The position numbers and the translations under genes are program-made. A stretch of 64,000 bases of DNA from Chiloscyllium plagiosum. Lineage: Eukaryota. Position 1 is the first letter of the stretch. Each line of letters opens with the position of its first letter. Below the pieces are notes generated by a model. That model saw only the letters and a list, made by a program, of their open reading frames with translations. It ran no database searches and was not told the DNA's origin. Location of the stretch: contig NC_057720.1 in NCBI RefSeq assembly GCF_004010195.1, positions 13,843,948-13,907,947 on the forward strand, given 5' to 3'. Positions 12,056 to 24,765 of this stretch are shown here, one piece after another.

Positions 12056-14204
12056 TGATGCTATCAGACATGAGTTGGGCAGTACAGATTGGGAGCAATT
12101 GTTCCACAGAAAGGGCACAGCAGACACGTGGAGACTATTTAAGGAGCAGTCGTTGCAGGTGATGCACAAATTGGTTCCTCTGAGACAGGTAAGAAGGGGT
12201 AGGATTAAGGAGCCTTGGATGATGAGAACAGAGGAGCTTCTCATCAAAAGAAAGAAGGCAACTTATGTAAGGTGGACCAAGCAAGGATCTAGCACAGCTT
12301 TAGAGGATTACAGGCTTGCTAGAAAGGAGCTCAGAAATGGAGTGAGGAGAGCCAGGAGGGGGCATGAGAAAGGCTTGGTGGGAAGGATTAGGGAGAACCC
12401 AAAGGTATTTTACTCATACGTGAGGAATAAGAGAATGATCAGGGAGAAGGTAGGGCCAATCAGAGATAGCGGAGGGAATGTGTGCGTAAAGCCTGAGCAG
12501 ATAGGGGAAGCCCTAAATGAGATTTTTGCTTCACTAAGGAAAGGGACTTTGTTGTGAATGAGAACTTTTAGGAGCTGCGATACAGGCTTGACCAGATCAA
12601 GATTGATGAAGTTGATGTGCTGGAAAGTTTGGTAAACATTAATATCGATAAGTCCCCAGGGCGAGACCAGATTTATCCTCGGCTGCTCCGGGAAGTGAGA
12701 AAGGAGGTTGCAAAGCCGCTGGCGAGGATATTTGCCTCCTCACTCTCCACGGGAGTCATACCGGAGGATTGGAAGGACGTGTATGTTGTTCCTCTTTTTA
12801 AGAAGGATAATAGAAAAATCCCTGGCAATTACAGACCAATCAGCCTTACGGCTGTGGTCAGCAAAGTTTTGGAAAGAATTCTGAGGGATAGGATTTATGA
12901 CTATTTGGCAAAGCATAGTGTGATTAAAGGCAGACAGCATGGCTTTGTGAGGGGCAGGTCATGCCTCACAAATCTTCTTGAGTTCTTTGAGGAGGTGACA
13001 AGACAGGTCGACGAAGGTTGAGCAGTGGATGCGGTGTATATGGACTTCAGCAAGGCACTTGATAAGATTCCCCATGGTAGGCTTATTTATAAAGTCAGGA
13101 AGTATGGGATACAGAGAGATTTGGCTATCTGGATTCAGAATTGATTGGCTGACAGAAGGCAGAGAGTGGTTGTAGATGGAAAGTATTCTGCCTGGAGGTC
13201 AGTGTTGAGTGGCGTCCCCCAGGGCTCTGTTCTTGGGCCTCTGCTCTTTGTAGCTTCTATAAATGACTTGGATGATGAGGTTGAGGGGTGGGTTAGTAAA
13301 GTTGCAGATGACACAAAGGTTGGAGGTGCCGTTGATAGTATCGAGGGCTACAGCAGGCTACAGCGCAACATAGACAATATGCAGAGCTGGGCTGAGAAAT
13401 GGCAGATGGAGTTCAACCTGGATAAATGTGTAGTGATGCATTTTGGAAGATCAAACTCAAATGCTGAATATAGGATTAAAGACAGGATTCTTGGCAGTGT
13501 GGAGGAACAGAGGGATCTGGGTGTGCAAGTACATACGTCCCTCAAAGTTGTCACCCAAGTGGATAGGGTTATTAATAAAGCATATGATGTTTGGCTTTCA
13601 TTAACAGAGGCATTGAGTTTAAGAGCTGCGAGGTTTTGCTCCAGCTCTCCAAGTCCCTGGTGAAATCACACATGGAATATTGTGTCCAGTTCTGGTCGCC
13701 CTACTATAGGAAAGATACAGAGGCTTTGGAGAGGGTGCAAAGAAAGTTTACCAGGATGCTGCGTGGACTGGAGGGCTTGCCTTATGAAGAAAGGTTGACT
13801 AAGCTCAGACTTTTCTCTCTGGAGGAAGAGAGGAGACCTGATCGAGGTATACAAGGTAATGAGAGGAATAGATAGAGTCAATAGCCAGAAACTTTTCCCC
13901 ATGGCAAGACTGACTGGTACGAGGAGTCATAGCTTTATGATATTAGGAGAAAGGTATAGAGGGGATGTCAGAGGAAGGTTCTTTACGCAGAGAGTTGTGA
14001 ATGCATGGAATGCGTTGCCAGTTGAGGTGATGGAAGCAGAATCAGTAGGGACATTTAAGCGACTGCTGGACACGCACATGGATAGCAGTGAGTTGAGGGG
14101 TGCATAGTTTAAGTTATTTTATTTTACATTAGGATTAATCCTCAGCGCAACATCGTGGGCCAAAGGGCCTGTTCTGTGCTGTACTTTTCTATGTTCTATA
14201 TTCT
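12056..14204 (+). mobile_element. Second CR1 LINE, tandem with the previous one
   Basis: ORF pieces DKSPGRDQIYPR, SGVPQGSVLGP, ADDTK, FFTQRVVNAWNALP, and a tail ttctatgttctatattct. Confidence 0.95.
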
Positions 14205-14389
14205 AAGTGACTTATGGGTTTTTCTAAGTGACAAAGGAATTTAATGATTCATCTGTAGGCATTCCTGTAGCCATTGTGACTTTTTTAAAAACTCCCTGAG
14301 TGAATTGGCATTCTGAACCAATCAGTATTGTAATTATTATAAGTTGTTTGTGACTGAAGAAGGTAGACAATTGTGCAACAAGGTTTCTG

Positions 14390-14980
14390 TGAGGCATACC
14401 TGGAATATTATGTGCAGTTTGGGTTTCCTTATCCGAGCAAATGTGTTCCTGCTACAGAGGGAGTGAAGCAAAGGTTTAGCCAACTGATTCCTGAGATGGC
14501 AGGACTGATGTACGAGGAGAGATTGATTTAGTTAAGATTATATTCACTAGAGCTGAGAAGAATGAGGGGGAATCTCATAGAAACTTGTACAACTGTAACA
14601 GGAATAAACAGGTCAGATGCAGGAAAGATGTTTCTGATGGTGAGGGAGTCCAGAACCAAGGGTCATAGTTTAAGGATCAGGAGTAAATCCTTTTGGACTG
14701 AGGTGAGGAGAAATGGCCTCACCCAGAGAGTGGTGAGCCTGTGGAATTCACTACCACAGAACATGGTTGAGGCCAAAACATTGTGTATTTTCAAGAAATA
14801 GGTACATATAGGTCTTTGGGGCTAAAGGGATCAAGGAATACCGGGGGTGGGGGTGCGGGTGCGGGTGGGGGGGGTTAGGATTAGAAAATTAGCTCGATGA
14901 TCAGCCATGATCACAAATGAATGGTGGACCAGTCTCGAGGGATCTAATGGCTCACTCCTCCTATCATCCATGTTTCTGTT
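14390..14980 (+). mobile_element. Older CR1 3' fragment
   Basis: MRGNLIE...SRTKGHSLRI...TQRVVSLWNSLP. Confidence 0.8.
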
Positions 14981-16213
14981 AGAAACTTCAGGAATTGTGT
15001 TTCTTTTAAAATTAAGGGAAACATAACGGCGTGAAAACGGTATTTTTTATTTTAATTTTCAGTTCTAGGGCAGTTGGCAGAAGTCCTTAGATGAAGTTAT
15101 TTATATAAAGCAGTGCTCCTGAGAAAGGGGAGAAGACTGTGGAAACAGATTACCTTATAGTAAGGAGTTTAGTGGTAGTCCTAGACCAGATGGTTTGGAT
15201 AGAAAATTGAAGCTGAGAATATCTACACACAATTATGTGAAAGCTCCAGGAAAAGACTATCAGATTTTTTTGGACTCGGAGTTGAAGTCACAATTAAGTC
15301 TGTACAGGTGTTAGAGAAAGAGTTTTATTTTCCTGGTGGGAGGACTGTGCAAGTACTGCTTTTGGGTACTCTTCAGAGGTGTTTTGGAAGCTGGAAAGGT
15401 GTGGCTTCTCTTAAATTAAAGGGAGTGCATGTTACCGTTTGTTCAAAAATCTTTAAGCTTGTGTTTTCGTTCAACAGTCTGGTGTGTTCACCAAATCGGC
15501 AGCATTGCACTGCAGTGAGACATCACCTTGTTAAAATCAAAACAAAACAAACTATGAACTACCAAGCCAGATTTTAGTCTGGGATCTAACTGGTCCAGTG
15601 ATAACATCACTCAGAATCATAACACACTCTGCCTCTGGGAGTGAGCTGTTCTGCCCATTTTTTTAAAACAATGGCGTAACGAGGTCAGGAACTGAGACGT
15701 CCTGGCAGAATCTGAACTGAGCATGAGTGAGCAGGTTATCATGAAGCAGGTACTCCTTGATAGCAATGTGGATAATCCCTTCTATCACTTTATTTGTGAC
15801 TGAAATGAAACTGAAGGGATTGTAATTGGCCGGGAGGCACTTGACTTGCTTTTGTGTACAGGACGTGCCTGGGCAATGACTGTACTGGATGACTGTACTG
15901 GATGACTGTACTGGAATAGTTACGTAAAGGGCATGGCAAGGTCTGGAACACAAGTGCTCACTACGCCTGATGGAATACTCTCAAAGTCTCAGTATCCAAT
16001 ATTTCCAGCCTTTTTGTTTGATTTCATTTGGAGTAAATCGGCACTGTGGGGGTACCTACACCAAATAGACTGCCGCAGTTCAAGAAAGCAGCTCATTACT
16101 ACCTTCACAAGGGTAACCAGATTGGGGTAATGAATGCCGGCCCAATCAGTAGCAGCCACATCCCACAAAATCATATTTTGTAAATGTCATTTCAGACATG
16201 ACCAGCTTGGCAG

Positions 16214-16800
16214 TCAAGGTGTTGCTGAATTGACTTGGTGATCGACATTGGAGTCTCCCACCCAGAGTACGTTCTGCATCCTGGCCAGGCTCAGTATGCC
16301 CACCAATGGATGTTCACCATGGTACAATGATTTATCAGCTGAGGGGGAGCTGTATGTGGTAATCAGCTGGAAGTTTCCATGCCCATGTTTGACTTGGTGT
16401 ATTGAGACTTCATGAGGTCCAAAATCAGGCTCGCGGGGCAAACATCTACCACTGTGCCACCACCTTTTCTGGTCAGAGATGGCAAACGTCTGGGAATTGT
16501 GTGCAATGTGTGTTTGTGTGAGTAAGATTATGTTGGCTTTTGCTTTACTAGTCTGTGAGTTAGCTCTTCCACAGAAACTGGCAATGGGGCACTTCAGGGT
16601 AAATAGGCCTGAATTCACTATTGTTGTTTCTGGTCCCTTGGTTACTACCATATCATCTGTCTGGTTTCTTTCCTTTGAGGTGTTTTAGCTTCTGTATGAA
16701 TCTGTTTGTTCAGGCAATTGAGACGACAGTTAAGACTAAACCACATTGCTGAGTGTCTGGAGTCACATGTAGGCCAGTCCAAGGGAAGGCAGAAATTTAC
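16214..16800 (-). mobile_element. 5' part (UTR and APE) of the second LINE family (see 55332)
   Basis: QVKHGHGNFQLITTYSSPSAD...QNVLWVGDSNV. The family 5' UTR motif (ctggcctacatgtgactccaga) lies at about 16756-16780. Confidence 0.75.
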
Positions 16801-18956
16801 GCCAAACTGAGCACTTGCAAGTCTGAAAGTAAGAGCTTTTACCCGTTTGTGAGTTTGTCCAATACAATGTGAACAATCACAGCATTATTACAGTTCACAA
16901 AGAGACCATTTGCCCCATTGAATCTGCACCAGGTCCAGCTCTAATATCTCATGCCAATCTCCTGCCTTTTCTCATATATCTGCACACCATTTCTCTCCAA
17001 ATAATCATCCAATGTCTCAACTGAATCTGCTTCTCCCACATCTTACCACACAGTGGCCAGTATTCATCTGGGATAACTAGCATCCTACTGGACAGCTTTG
17101 ACGCACTCTATTTCCATATGAGGCTTGGAAGAAGAGCAAATAGTTTGAACTCCACATCCAGAATTACTGACAAGGTCAATCCTATAACCAAGGACCTCCA
17201 GCAACCCTCCCTATTTATAATGACTGGTGGATGCAGGCTTATGGGAGACCATAGTGTCACACATGCAATGTGACCCGGTGACAATTGTGTTACTCATTGA
17301 GCCACAGCTGACATTGCGATGTGGACATTCGCCTTGGTGATTAACAAATGAAAATGAGCGTGCGAAACGGGTGAAGACAGATATTCCAATCTTCCTTGTC
17401 AAGAGCTCTCCAATTGGATGAGAGTTGGGAGAAGGTCTGTCCATTCATGGAATACACAGCTGCTGGTCCACAAATCTCACCAGGAGCTGGGCAACTCTGA
17501 CAAGGGAATACTTTCGTCCAGGCTTTGGCCAGAGTAGAGCACTGCAGCTTTAAGACAGAAAAGCAAACAGCAACGAAACAAACAATGTCATTTGTTCGTC
17601 TTAAAATGCCACGGGCAACGACTGCAATGTTTTGGAACAGATCTCACTTAGACCAATGATTTGGAGTTTACAGATCTTGGTATCAAATAGAAGTATGCAA
17701 ACAAGATAGTACCTTTTAAGAGAAGACTCCAATCAACCAAATGCTTTTTTAAGACTCCAATGTATCACTTGTGGCTATGGAAAAAGACTGTCTTAAGAGA
17801 AACTTTAGCTCCATAAGTAGCGTAGGCATTCCATTCTGTATTACTCATGGGCCCAGCTGGAAATTCCAATAGATTACAGCATAGTGCAGCTAAAATCCCT
17901 GCAATTACTTATGTTACATGACTGCCTTAACCCCATAACATTATGTCATATGTAGTACATCTTTGAAATGGAAGAAATAAAGGCTTATCTGCCAACTTCA
18001 GCTCAGTGTGTGAGGGCTGTTGGAGAATTGCTGGAAGCTCCTCAAACACTCCAGGTTCCAGGGGTCTCAAGAAGAATTTCGAGGCACAGGGCCAAGCAGA
18101 AACTTGTTGTGTACAGCGTGCGGTTCGGGAACAGACCAAACCGTTGGTCATCTGAGCAAGCAGTGCATTGATACAGCCAACTTAGCAATTAATGCATTGC
18201 AGACCTGTTAATCATATTTAAGAAAATAGGTAGTGGAAGTTAATAATTCATTTCAAGAATGCAGAGGCTGGGGTGTAAAGTTTACTGGATAACGAAAGTT
18301 AATTTAAACATCAGGGTCAATAGTACAACATGTCGGTGCACTGATGTATCAGCTTGTCAGAAAGCTGCTCACCACATATGGCAACTTGTGGTTATAAGTC
18401 AGGCCAGTAGGGGGTGCACAAGGTGGAGGCCACCTGGCAAACCAAGACTGAAATCCACCTGGCTAGTCTTATCTAGACTTGAGTTGAGATAATAAACTGA
18501 AGTCCTGCATCAATCATTTAGTAACTAAAGTGAATCTTACTCTTCCACACAATATTATTTAAGTAACAGAGGCCTTCAATGATTAGTTGGGTGGTCTCCT
18601 TCCCTGCAATATGATTTTGCCACCTTTTTGTACACACTATGACTAATGTGTACACAGCACTGCTTTGAAAGTACAGATACACCAACCAGCACCTTCAAAC
18701 CCAGAAACACAACAGTTGTAAACGACCCTGTACCATTGCCCAATGGCATGGAACCCGAACTGATGTTCCAATTCTGATTAATAATCTGGCAGCAGAAAGA
18801 AACTGCTACCAGGCCTGGATTGATTCTGAAGTCAGCGTTGAAGAATAATGACTTTGGTGTTTTGATTTTTATTTTGGAATTGATTTCAATCGAGAGAATG
18901 ATATTAATGCCACAGTTGAGGAAGAGGGAGCAGAGATATTGAATCAGACACCAATA

Positions 18957-21900
18957 GAGTCATAGAGTCAGAGAGATGTACAGCACAGAAACAGACCCTT
19001 TGCTCCAATTCATCTGTGCTGACCAGATATCCTAACCTAATCCAGTCCCATTGGCCAGCATTTCCCTCTAAACCCCTCCCAATCATGTACCCAACCAAAT
19101 GCCTTTTTAAATATTGTAATTCTACCAGCTCCACTACTTCATCTGGCAGATCATTCCATACACGTACCACCCTCTATGTGAAAACGTTGCCCCTTAGCTC
19201 CATTTTAAATCTTTCCCCTCTCACCTTAAACCTATGCCTTCTAGTTCTGCACTCCCCTACTCTGGGGAAAAGTTTTTGACTATACATGCTATACATGCCC
19301 CTTGTGCTTTTATAAATTCTAAAAGATCACCCCTCAGCCTCCAAAGGTTCAGGAAAAATAACCCCAGCCTATTCAGCCTCTCCCAATAGTACAAGCCCTC
19401 CAACCCTGGCAACATCCTTGTAAATCTTTTCTGAACCCTTTCAAGTTTCACAACATCTTCCCTCTAACGGGGAGACCAGAAATGATCACAGTATTCCAAA
19501 AATGGCCTAACCAATGTCCTATACTCAATGTATTGACCAATAAAGGCAAGCATATCAAACACCTTCTTCACTATCCTGTCTACATGTGATTCCACTTTCA
19601 AGGAACTATGAATCTGCACTCCAAGGTCTCTTTGCTCAGCAATACCCCCCAGGACCTTACCATTAAGTGTACAAGGACAAAGTGTGGACCACAGATGCTG
19701 GAGAGTCAGAATTGAAAAGTGTGGCACTGAAAAAGCACAGCATTGAAGTGTCCGGCATAAGCCCTTCACTAGGAATGTGGAGGGGAAGGGGGGGGGGGGG
19801 CGCTGAGAGATAGACATGGGTTGGAGGTAGGGCTGGGAGGAGGGTAGTTGGGAAGGCAATAGGTGGATATAGTTAGGGGTGATAGTGATAGGTCGGAGGT
19901 GAGGGTAGAGTGGATAGGTGGGAAGGAAGATAGACAGGTAGGACAGGTCAAGAGGAGGATTGGATCTAGGATTAAGTTGGGGGAGGGAAGATTTGGAAAC
20001 TGGTGAAGTCAATGTTGATGCCATGTGGTTGAAGCATACCAAGGCAGAAGATGAGGTGTTCTTCCTCCCGACATTGAGTGGCTTGGATTTGGCACTGGAG
20101 GCGGCTCAGGACTTGCATGTCCTTGGGGGAATTGGAGGGGGAGTTGAAGTTATTAGCCACAGGATGGTGGGGTTGTTTGGTGTGTGTGTCTCAAAGATGT
20201 TCCCTGAAGTGCTCCATGAGTTGGTGTTCTATCTTCCCAATGTAGAGGAGACTACATCAAGAGCAAAAGACACAGTAGATGAGGTGGGTGGATGTGCAGG
20301 AAAATCTCTGCCGAATGTGAAACAATGACTGTAGCTGTGCCACCTTGTGCTCCCATGAGAAGATTGAACAGTTCATCAACTTCACAAACCCCTCCCACCC
20401 GGACCTTAAGTTCACCTGGACCATCTCAAACACCTCCCACCCGTTCCTTTGCTGCCTTGGACGAGGAGAGAGTGGAGGTGTGGGTGTAGGTTTTACACCT
20501 CTTGCGGTGGAAAGGGAAGGTGCTTGGAGTGGGGGGTGGATTGGTGGGGAAGGCGTGGATCTATCGAGGGAGTCGCAGAGGGAATGGTCTCTGTGGAGCG
20601 CAAATCGCACTGGGGAGGGAAATATATCGTTGATGGTGGGGTCTGATTGTAGGTGGCGGAAATGGCAGAGGATAATGCACTGTGTCCGGATATTAGTGGG
20701 ATGGAAGGTGAAAGTTTGGTCCTTGAAGGAGGAGGCCATCTGGGACGTTCTATGGGGCAATTGATCCATCTGGGAGCAGATATGGCTGGAGGAATTGGGA
20801 GTAAGGGATAGCGTTTTTACACAGGGTGGGTGGGTGGAGTTGTAGTCTTGGTAGCTGTGGGAGTAGATGTCTGCGTTGAGTCAGTTGCTGGAGATAGAGA
20901 TGGAGAGGTCCAGGAGCGAAGGGAGGTGTCAGAGATGGCCCAGGTGAAATTAAGGTCAGGGTGGAAAGTGTTTGTGAAGTTGTTGGACTGTATAACCTCT
21001 TCCTGGGAGCATGAGGAGGCACTGATATGGTCATCAATGTAATGGAGGAACAGGTGGGGGTTGCTGCCAGTGTAACTGAGGAAGATGGACTGTTCCACGT
21101 ATCCTATGAAGAGGCAGACAAAGCTGGGGATGATGTGGATGCACATGGCTACCTCTTTGGTCTGAAGGAAGTGGGAGGATTTGAAGGAGAAGTTATTGAG
21201 GGTGGAGACCAGTTCTGTCAATTGAATGAGTGTGCCAGTGGAGAGTTAGGTTGGCAGGAGAGGAAGAGATGGAGAGCTTGGTGGCCTTTACCATGGTGGA
21301 TGGATGTGTATAGGGACTGCATGTCCATGGTGAAGATGAGGCATTGGGATCGAGGGAAACAAAGGTTTTGGAGGAGGTCGAGGGAATGGGTGGTGTCCCA
21401 AATGTATGTGGGGAATTTCTGGACCAAGGGATGAGGAGATACGTTTGGTGGGGCAGGAGCAGGCAGAGACAATGGGTCCACTGAGGCAGTCAGGTTTGTG
21501 GATTTTTGGCAAGAGGTAGACCCAGGCAGTGCAGGGTTGGGGAATAATGAGATTGAAGGTGCTCGCTATGTCAAGGACATACAAGTTGTGGGCCTCCTCC
21601 ACTGCCAAATCCAAGCCACCCAACAACTGGAGGAAGAACGCCTCATCTTCTGTCTTAGGACCCTTCAACTACACAGCATCAACATCGACTTCACTAGTTT
21701 CCAAATCTCCCCTCTCCTCACCTCATCCCAAATCCAACCCTTCAACGCAGTACCACTCTCTTGAACTCTCCTACTTTCCATCTTCCTTCCAACATATCCA
21801 CTCCACCCTCCCTACCGACCTATCACCATCACCCCTCACCAGCATCTACCAATCGCCTTACCAGCTACCTTCCCCTCAGCCCCACTGTCACCCTCCTATT

Positions 21901-22250
21901 TTATCTCTCAGACCCCTTCCGCCTCCACATTCCTGATGAAGGGCTTATGCTCGAAACATTGACTTTCCTGCTCCTCGATGGTGCCTGATCTGCTGTGCTT
22001 TTTCAGCTCCACACTTTTCGACATTAAGTGATTCAGTCCAACCCTGACTTGCTTTCCCAAAATGCAGCACTTCACATTTACTTAAATTAAACTCCATCTG
22101 CCACTTCTCAACCCATTGGCCCATCTGTTCAAGGTCCCATTGTGGACTGAAGTAACGTTCTTCGCTGTCCACCACATCTCCAATTTTGATGACGTCTGGC
22201 AAACTTACTAACCATACCTCCTATAACCACATCCAAATCATTTATATAAC
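18957..22250 (-). mobile_element. CR1 3' portion (18957-19669 and 22022-22250) split by a Penelope insertion
   Basis: CR1 reading continues across the insert. cattaagtg is duplicated at 19661-19669 and 22022-22030. Confidence 0.85.
19670..22021 (-). mobile_element. Penelope-like element, degraded RT and GIY-YIG, with an inverted terminal repeat
   Basis: LLPKIHKPD, TMDMQSLYTSI, LNNFSF..HFLQTK, YIDD, HLIYCVFC. The 3' segment (19670-20130, minus strand) is repeated inverted at about 21563-22021. Confidence 0.9.
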
Positions 22251-22682
22251 AGAGAGAAAGAAGGTTAACATCACTCAAAAGTCGCATAGTTCGGATGGGT
22301 CGCATCTAGTTGCAGCGGAACAAAAGTAATAGAGAAAGCAGAAATTTGAGCCACAATCTTTCAGTTTCCTTGGAGATGTGAGCAGTTTCAGAGCACTGGA
22401 AGATTGCAAATCTTACATTCTTCCTCAAAGAAGAAGGAAGATATAAACTGGGTAACTACAGGCCAGCCATTGATGAGAAAACCATTAGAGAGCATTGTCA
22501 AGGATAAAATTAATCATCATCTGTGGAAGCATGCATTAATAAAGGTCAGCCAACATGGATTTATTAAAGGAAAAGAGTTCCATCTAACTCAATTTTGAAA
22601 CAAAAACAGAAATTGCTGAAGAAACTTAATTCTGAAGAAAGGTCACTGGACCTGAAATGTTAACTCTGCTTTCTCTCCAGCA

Positions 22683-22955
22683 TTTAGTGCCCATCCCTAA
22701 TTTCCCAGAGGCCAGTTAAGAGTCAACCACATGGAGTCACATGTAGGCCAGGCCAGCTAAGCATGGCAGTTTCCTTCCCTAAAGGACATTAGTGAACCAG
22801 ACTTCTTTTTTTCTGACAATTAGCAATGGATTCGTGGTCATCATTAGACTCTTAATTCCAGATGTTTTTTTAAAATTGAATTCAAATTCCACCATTTGGG
22901 ATTTGAATCCAGGTCCCCAGACATTACTTGGAATACCATTAGGCCATCTCCTCCC
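22683..22955 (-). mobile_element. Bipartite tRNA-headed SINE-like element related to the second LINE family
   Basis: Same head, body and tail as 61250-61562 and 63040-63345. Confidence 0.7.
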
Positions 22956-23270
22956 CCTAAGGTTAGCTCCTTATTCCCGATGTTTTAATCGAGTTTAAAT
23001 TTCACTGTCTGCCATGGTGTGATTCAAAACCAGAACATAAATCATTCTGGATTATTCATTGAGTGACGTTTTGCCCAGAACAAAAGCAAAGCCAATGATT
23101 ATGGTGGGAAAGGAATGCTAGGGATGTCAAATAGATGTAAATGTTAGGAGTGAAAAGGTGAAAATGTTCCACTCTGCTGAGAGCAAAGCTAACAAGATAC
23201 AAACAAGACTCAACAGGGGAGGGTGGGGTCATAAGTAAAATGAAGTATAGATTCCTTCATCCAAAATAGT

Positions 23271-23450
23271 CAGGATTTGGAGATGCCGGTGTTGGACTGA
23301 GGTGTACAAAGTTAAATATCACACAATACCAGGTTAAAGTCCAACAGGTTTAATTGGAAGCACTAGCACTTCATGAAGGAGCAGCACTCCGAAGGTTAAT
23401 GCTTCCAAATAAACCTGTTGGACTATAACCTGGTGTTGTGTGATTTTTAA
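23271..23450. mobile_element. Palindromic mini-element (family C) with 16-bp TSD
   Basis: Inverted arms aatcacacaa(c/t)accaggtta..gtccaacaggttta. cttcatccaaa(a/g)tagt at 23255-23270 and 23451-23466. Confidence 0.8.
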
Positions 23451-24550
23451 CTTCATCCAAAGTAGTAGAACTCAATATTGAGTCCAAGAGGCTGTATAGA
23501 TGCTAATGGTGCTGAAGTGGAAAACATTGTATTGTTCCTGCTGCTTGTGTTGAGTTTTGTTAGAACATTGCACATTGGATAGAAATGTTTACATAAAAGG
23601 AAGGCAATTTATTGAAATGACAAGCAACTAGAAGGTCAGGGTCATTCCTATGGATAGAGTGAAGGTGTTCCGCAAAGCAGCTCCAAGTCCCCTCCACGCC
23701 ACACACCATCCTGACTTGGAAACATGCTGCTGTTAGTTCAATGTCACTGGTTTAACATTGTGAAATTCTCTCCCTACTGGGACTGTGGGTGTATCTACAC
23801 CAAATGGAGGACTGCAGTCGTTCAAGAAAGCTGCTTACCACCACCTTCTCAAGGGCAACTAGGGACAGGCAATAAATGCTGACCCAGCCAGTGAGATTCA
23901 CTTCCCATTCATGGATTGAAAAAGAAATGGAAACCAAAATTGCACACAGTTCTCAGGCATGGTCTCACCAGCTGGAGCAAGATTTATTATCCAACACCTC
24001 GGAAATTAAGCTGTTCACTTGCCTAATTGCTGGCTGTACCTGCATGCTCACTTTTTCAGGCTCTTTGTATGAGAAAACCTAAAAATCTCTGAGCACCAAC
24101 ATTCCCAAGGCAGGATGATCGAGAGGTTAAAGTCAGCTGATGTTTCGGAATTGACAATAGGGGATCTTAATGATAGTGTGGAAGTGTGTTAGGAAGCTTA
24201 TCTCAGGGTCAACTGTAACATCAAGGTTGTGAACAATCTGGTTCAGTCTGAAGATAACTGCAAGGGAGAGGAGTCAGTGGCAAGAAAACAATCATTTCTG
24301 GCCCCTATCTCTTCCTGTTTGGGTCTGCTACAGGATTGTTGTTGGATGTATGATGGGATATGTACAGTAAACAGTGCCTTAGACTCGGGAGAACACAGTA
24401 TCACAAAACAAGCACAGTTCAGATAGTGGAGCTTGAAGACAGGCGACCCCATTCCTTCTTGAAGGATGGCTATCTGATGTTGCAGACTCTGTCTATATCC
24501 TCTGCACTCACAGGCCACTCATATCACACTTAGACTCTGTGTGGTAACTG

Positions 24551-24765
24551 TCAAGAGTGTGGTGCTAGAAAAGCATAGCTGGTCAAGCAGCATCCCAGGA
24601 GCAGGAGAATCGACGTTTTGGGCAAGAGTCCTCCATCAAGTTGAAGGACTCTTGCCTGAAACGTTAATTCTCCTGCTCCGCGGATGCTGCCTGACCTGCT
24701 GTGCTCTTCCAGCACCACACTCTTTGACTCTGACCTCCAGCATCTGCAGACCTCACTTTCTCCTA
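24551..24765. mobile_element. Palindromic Penelope-terminus mini-element with 14-bp TSD
   Basis: ct(g/a)tgtggtaactg at 24537-24550 and 24766-24779, with inverted arms. Confidence 0.8.

Noticed and set aside
15000..15625. Possible solo LTR
   Set aside because: It ends in an LTR-like ataaca, but I could not define a 5' TG end, a TSD or a second copy
17927..18211. Overlapping short ORFs as a coding exon
   Set aside because: No recognisable domain, and the frames close soon after the candidate acceptor
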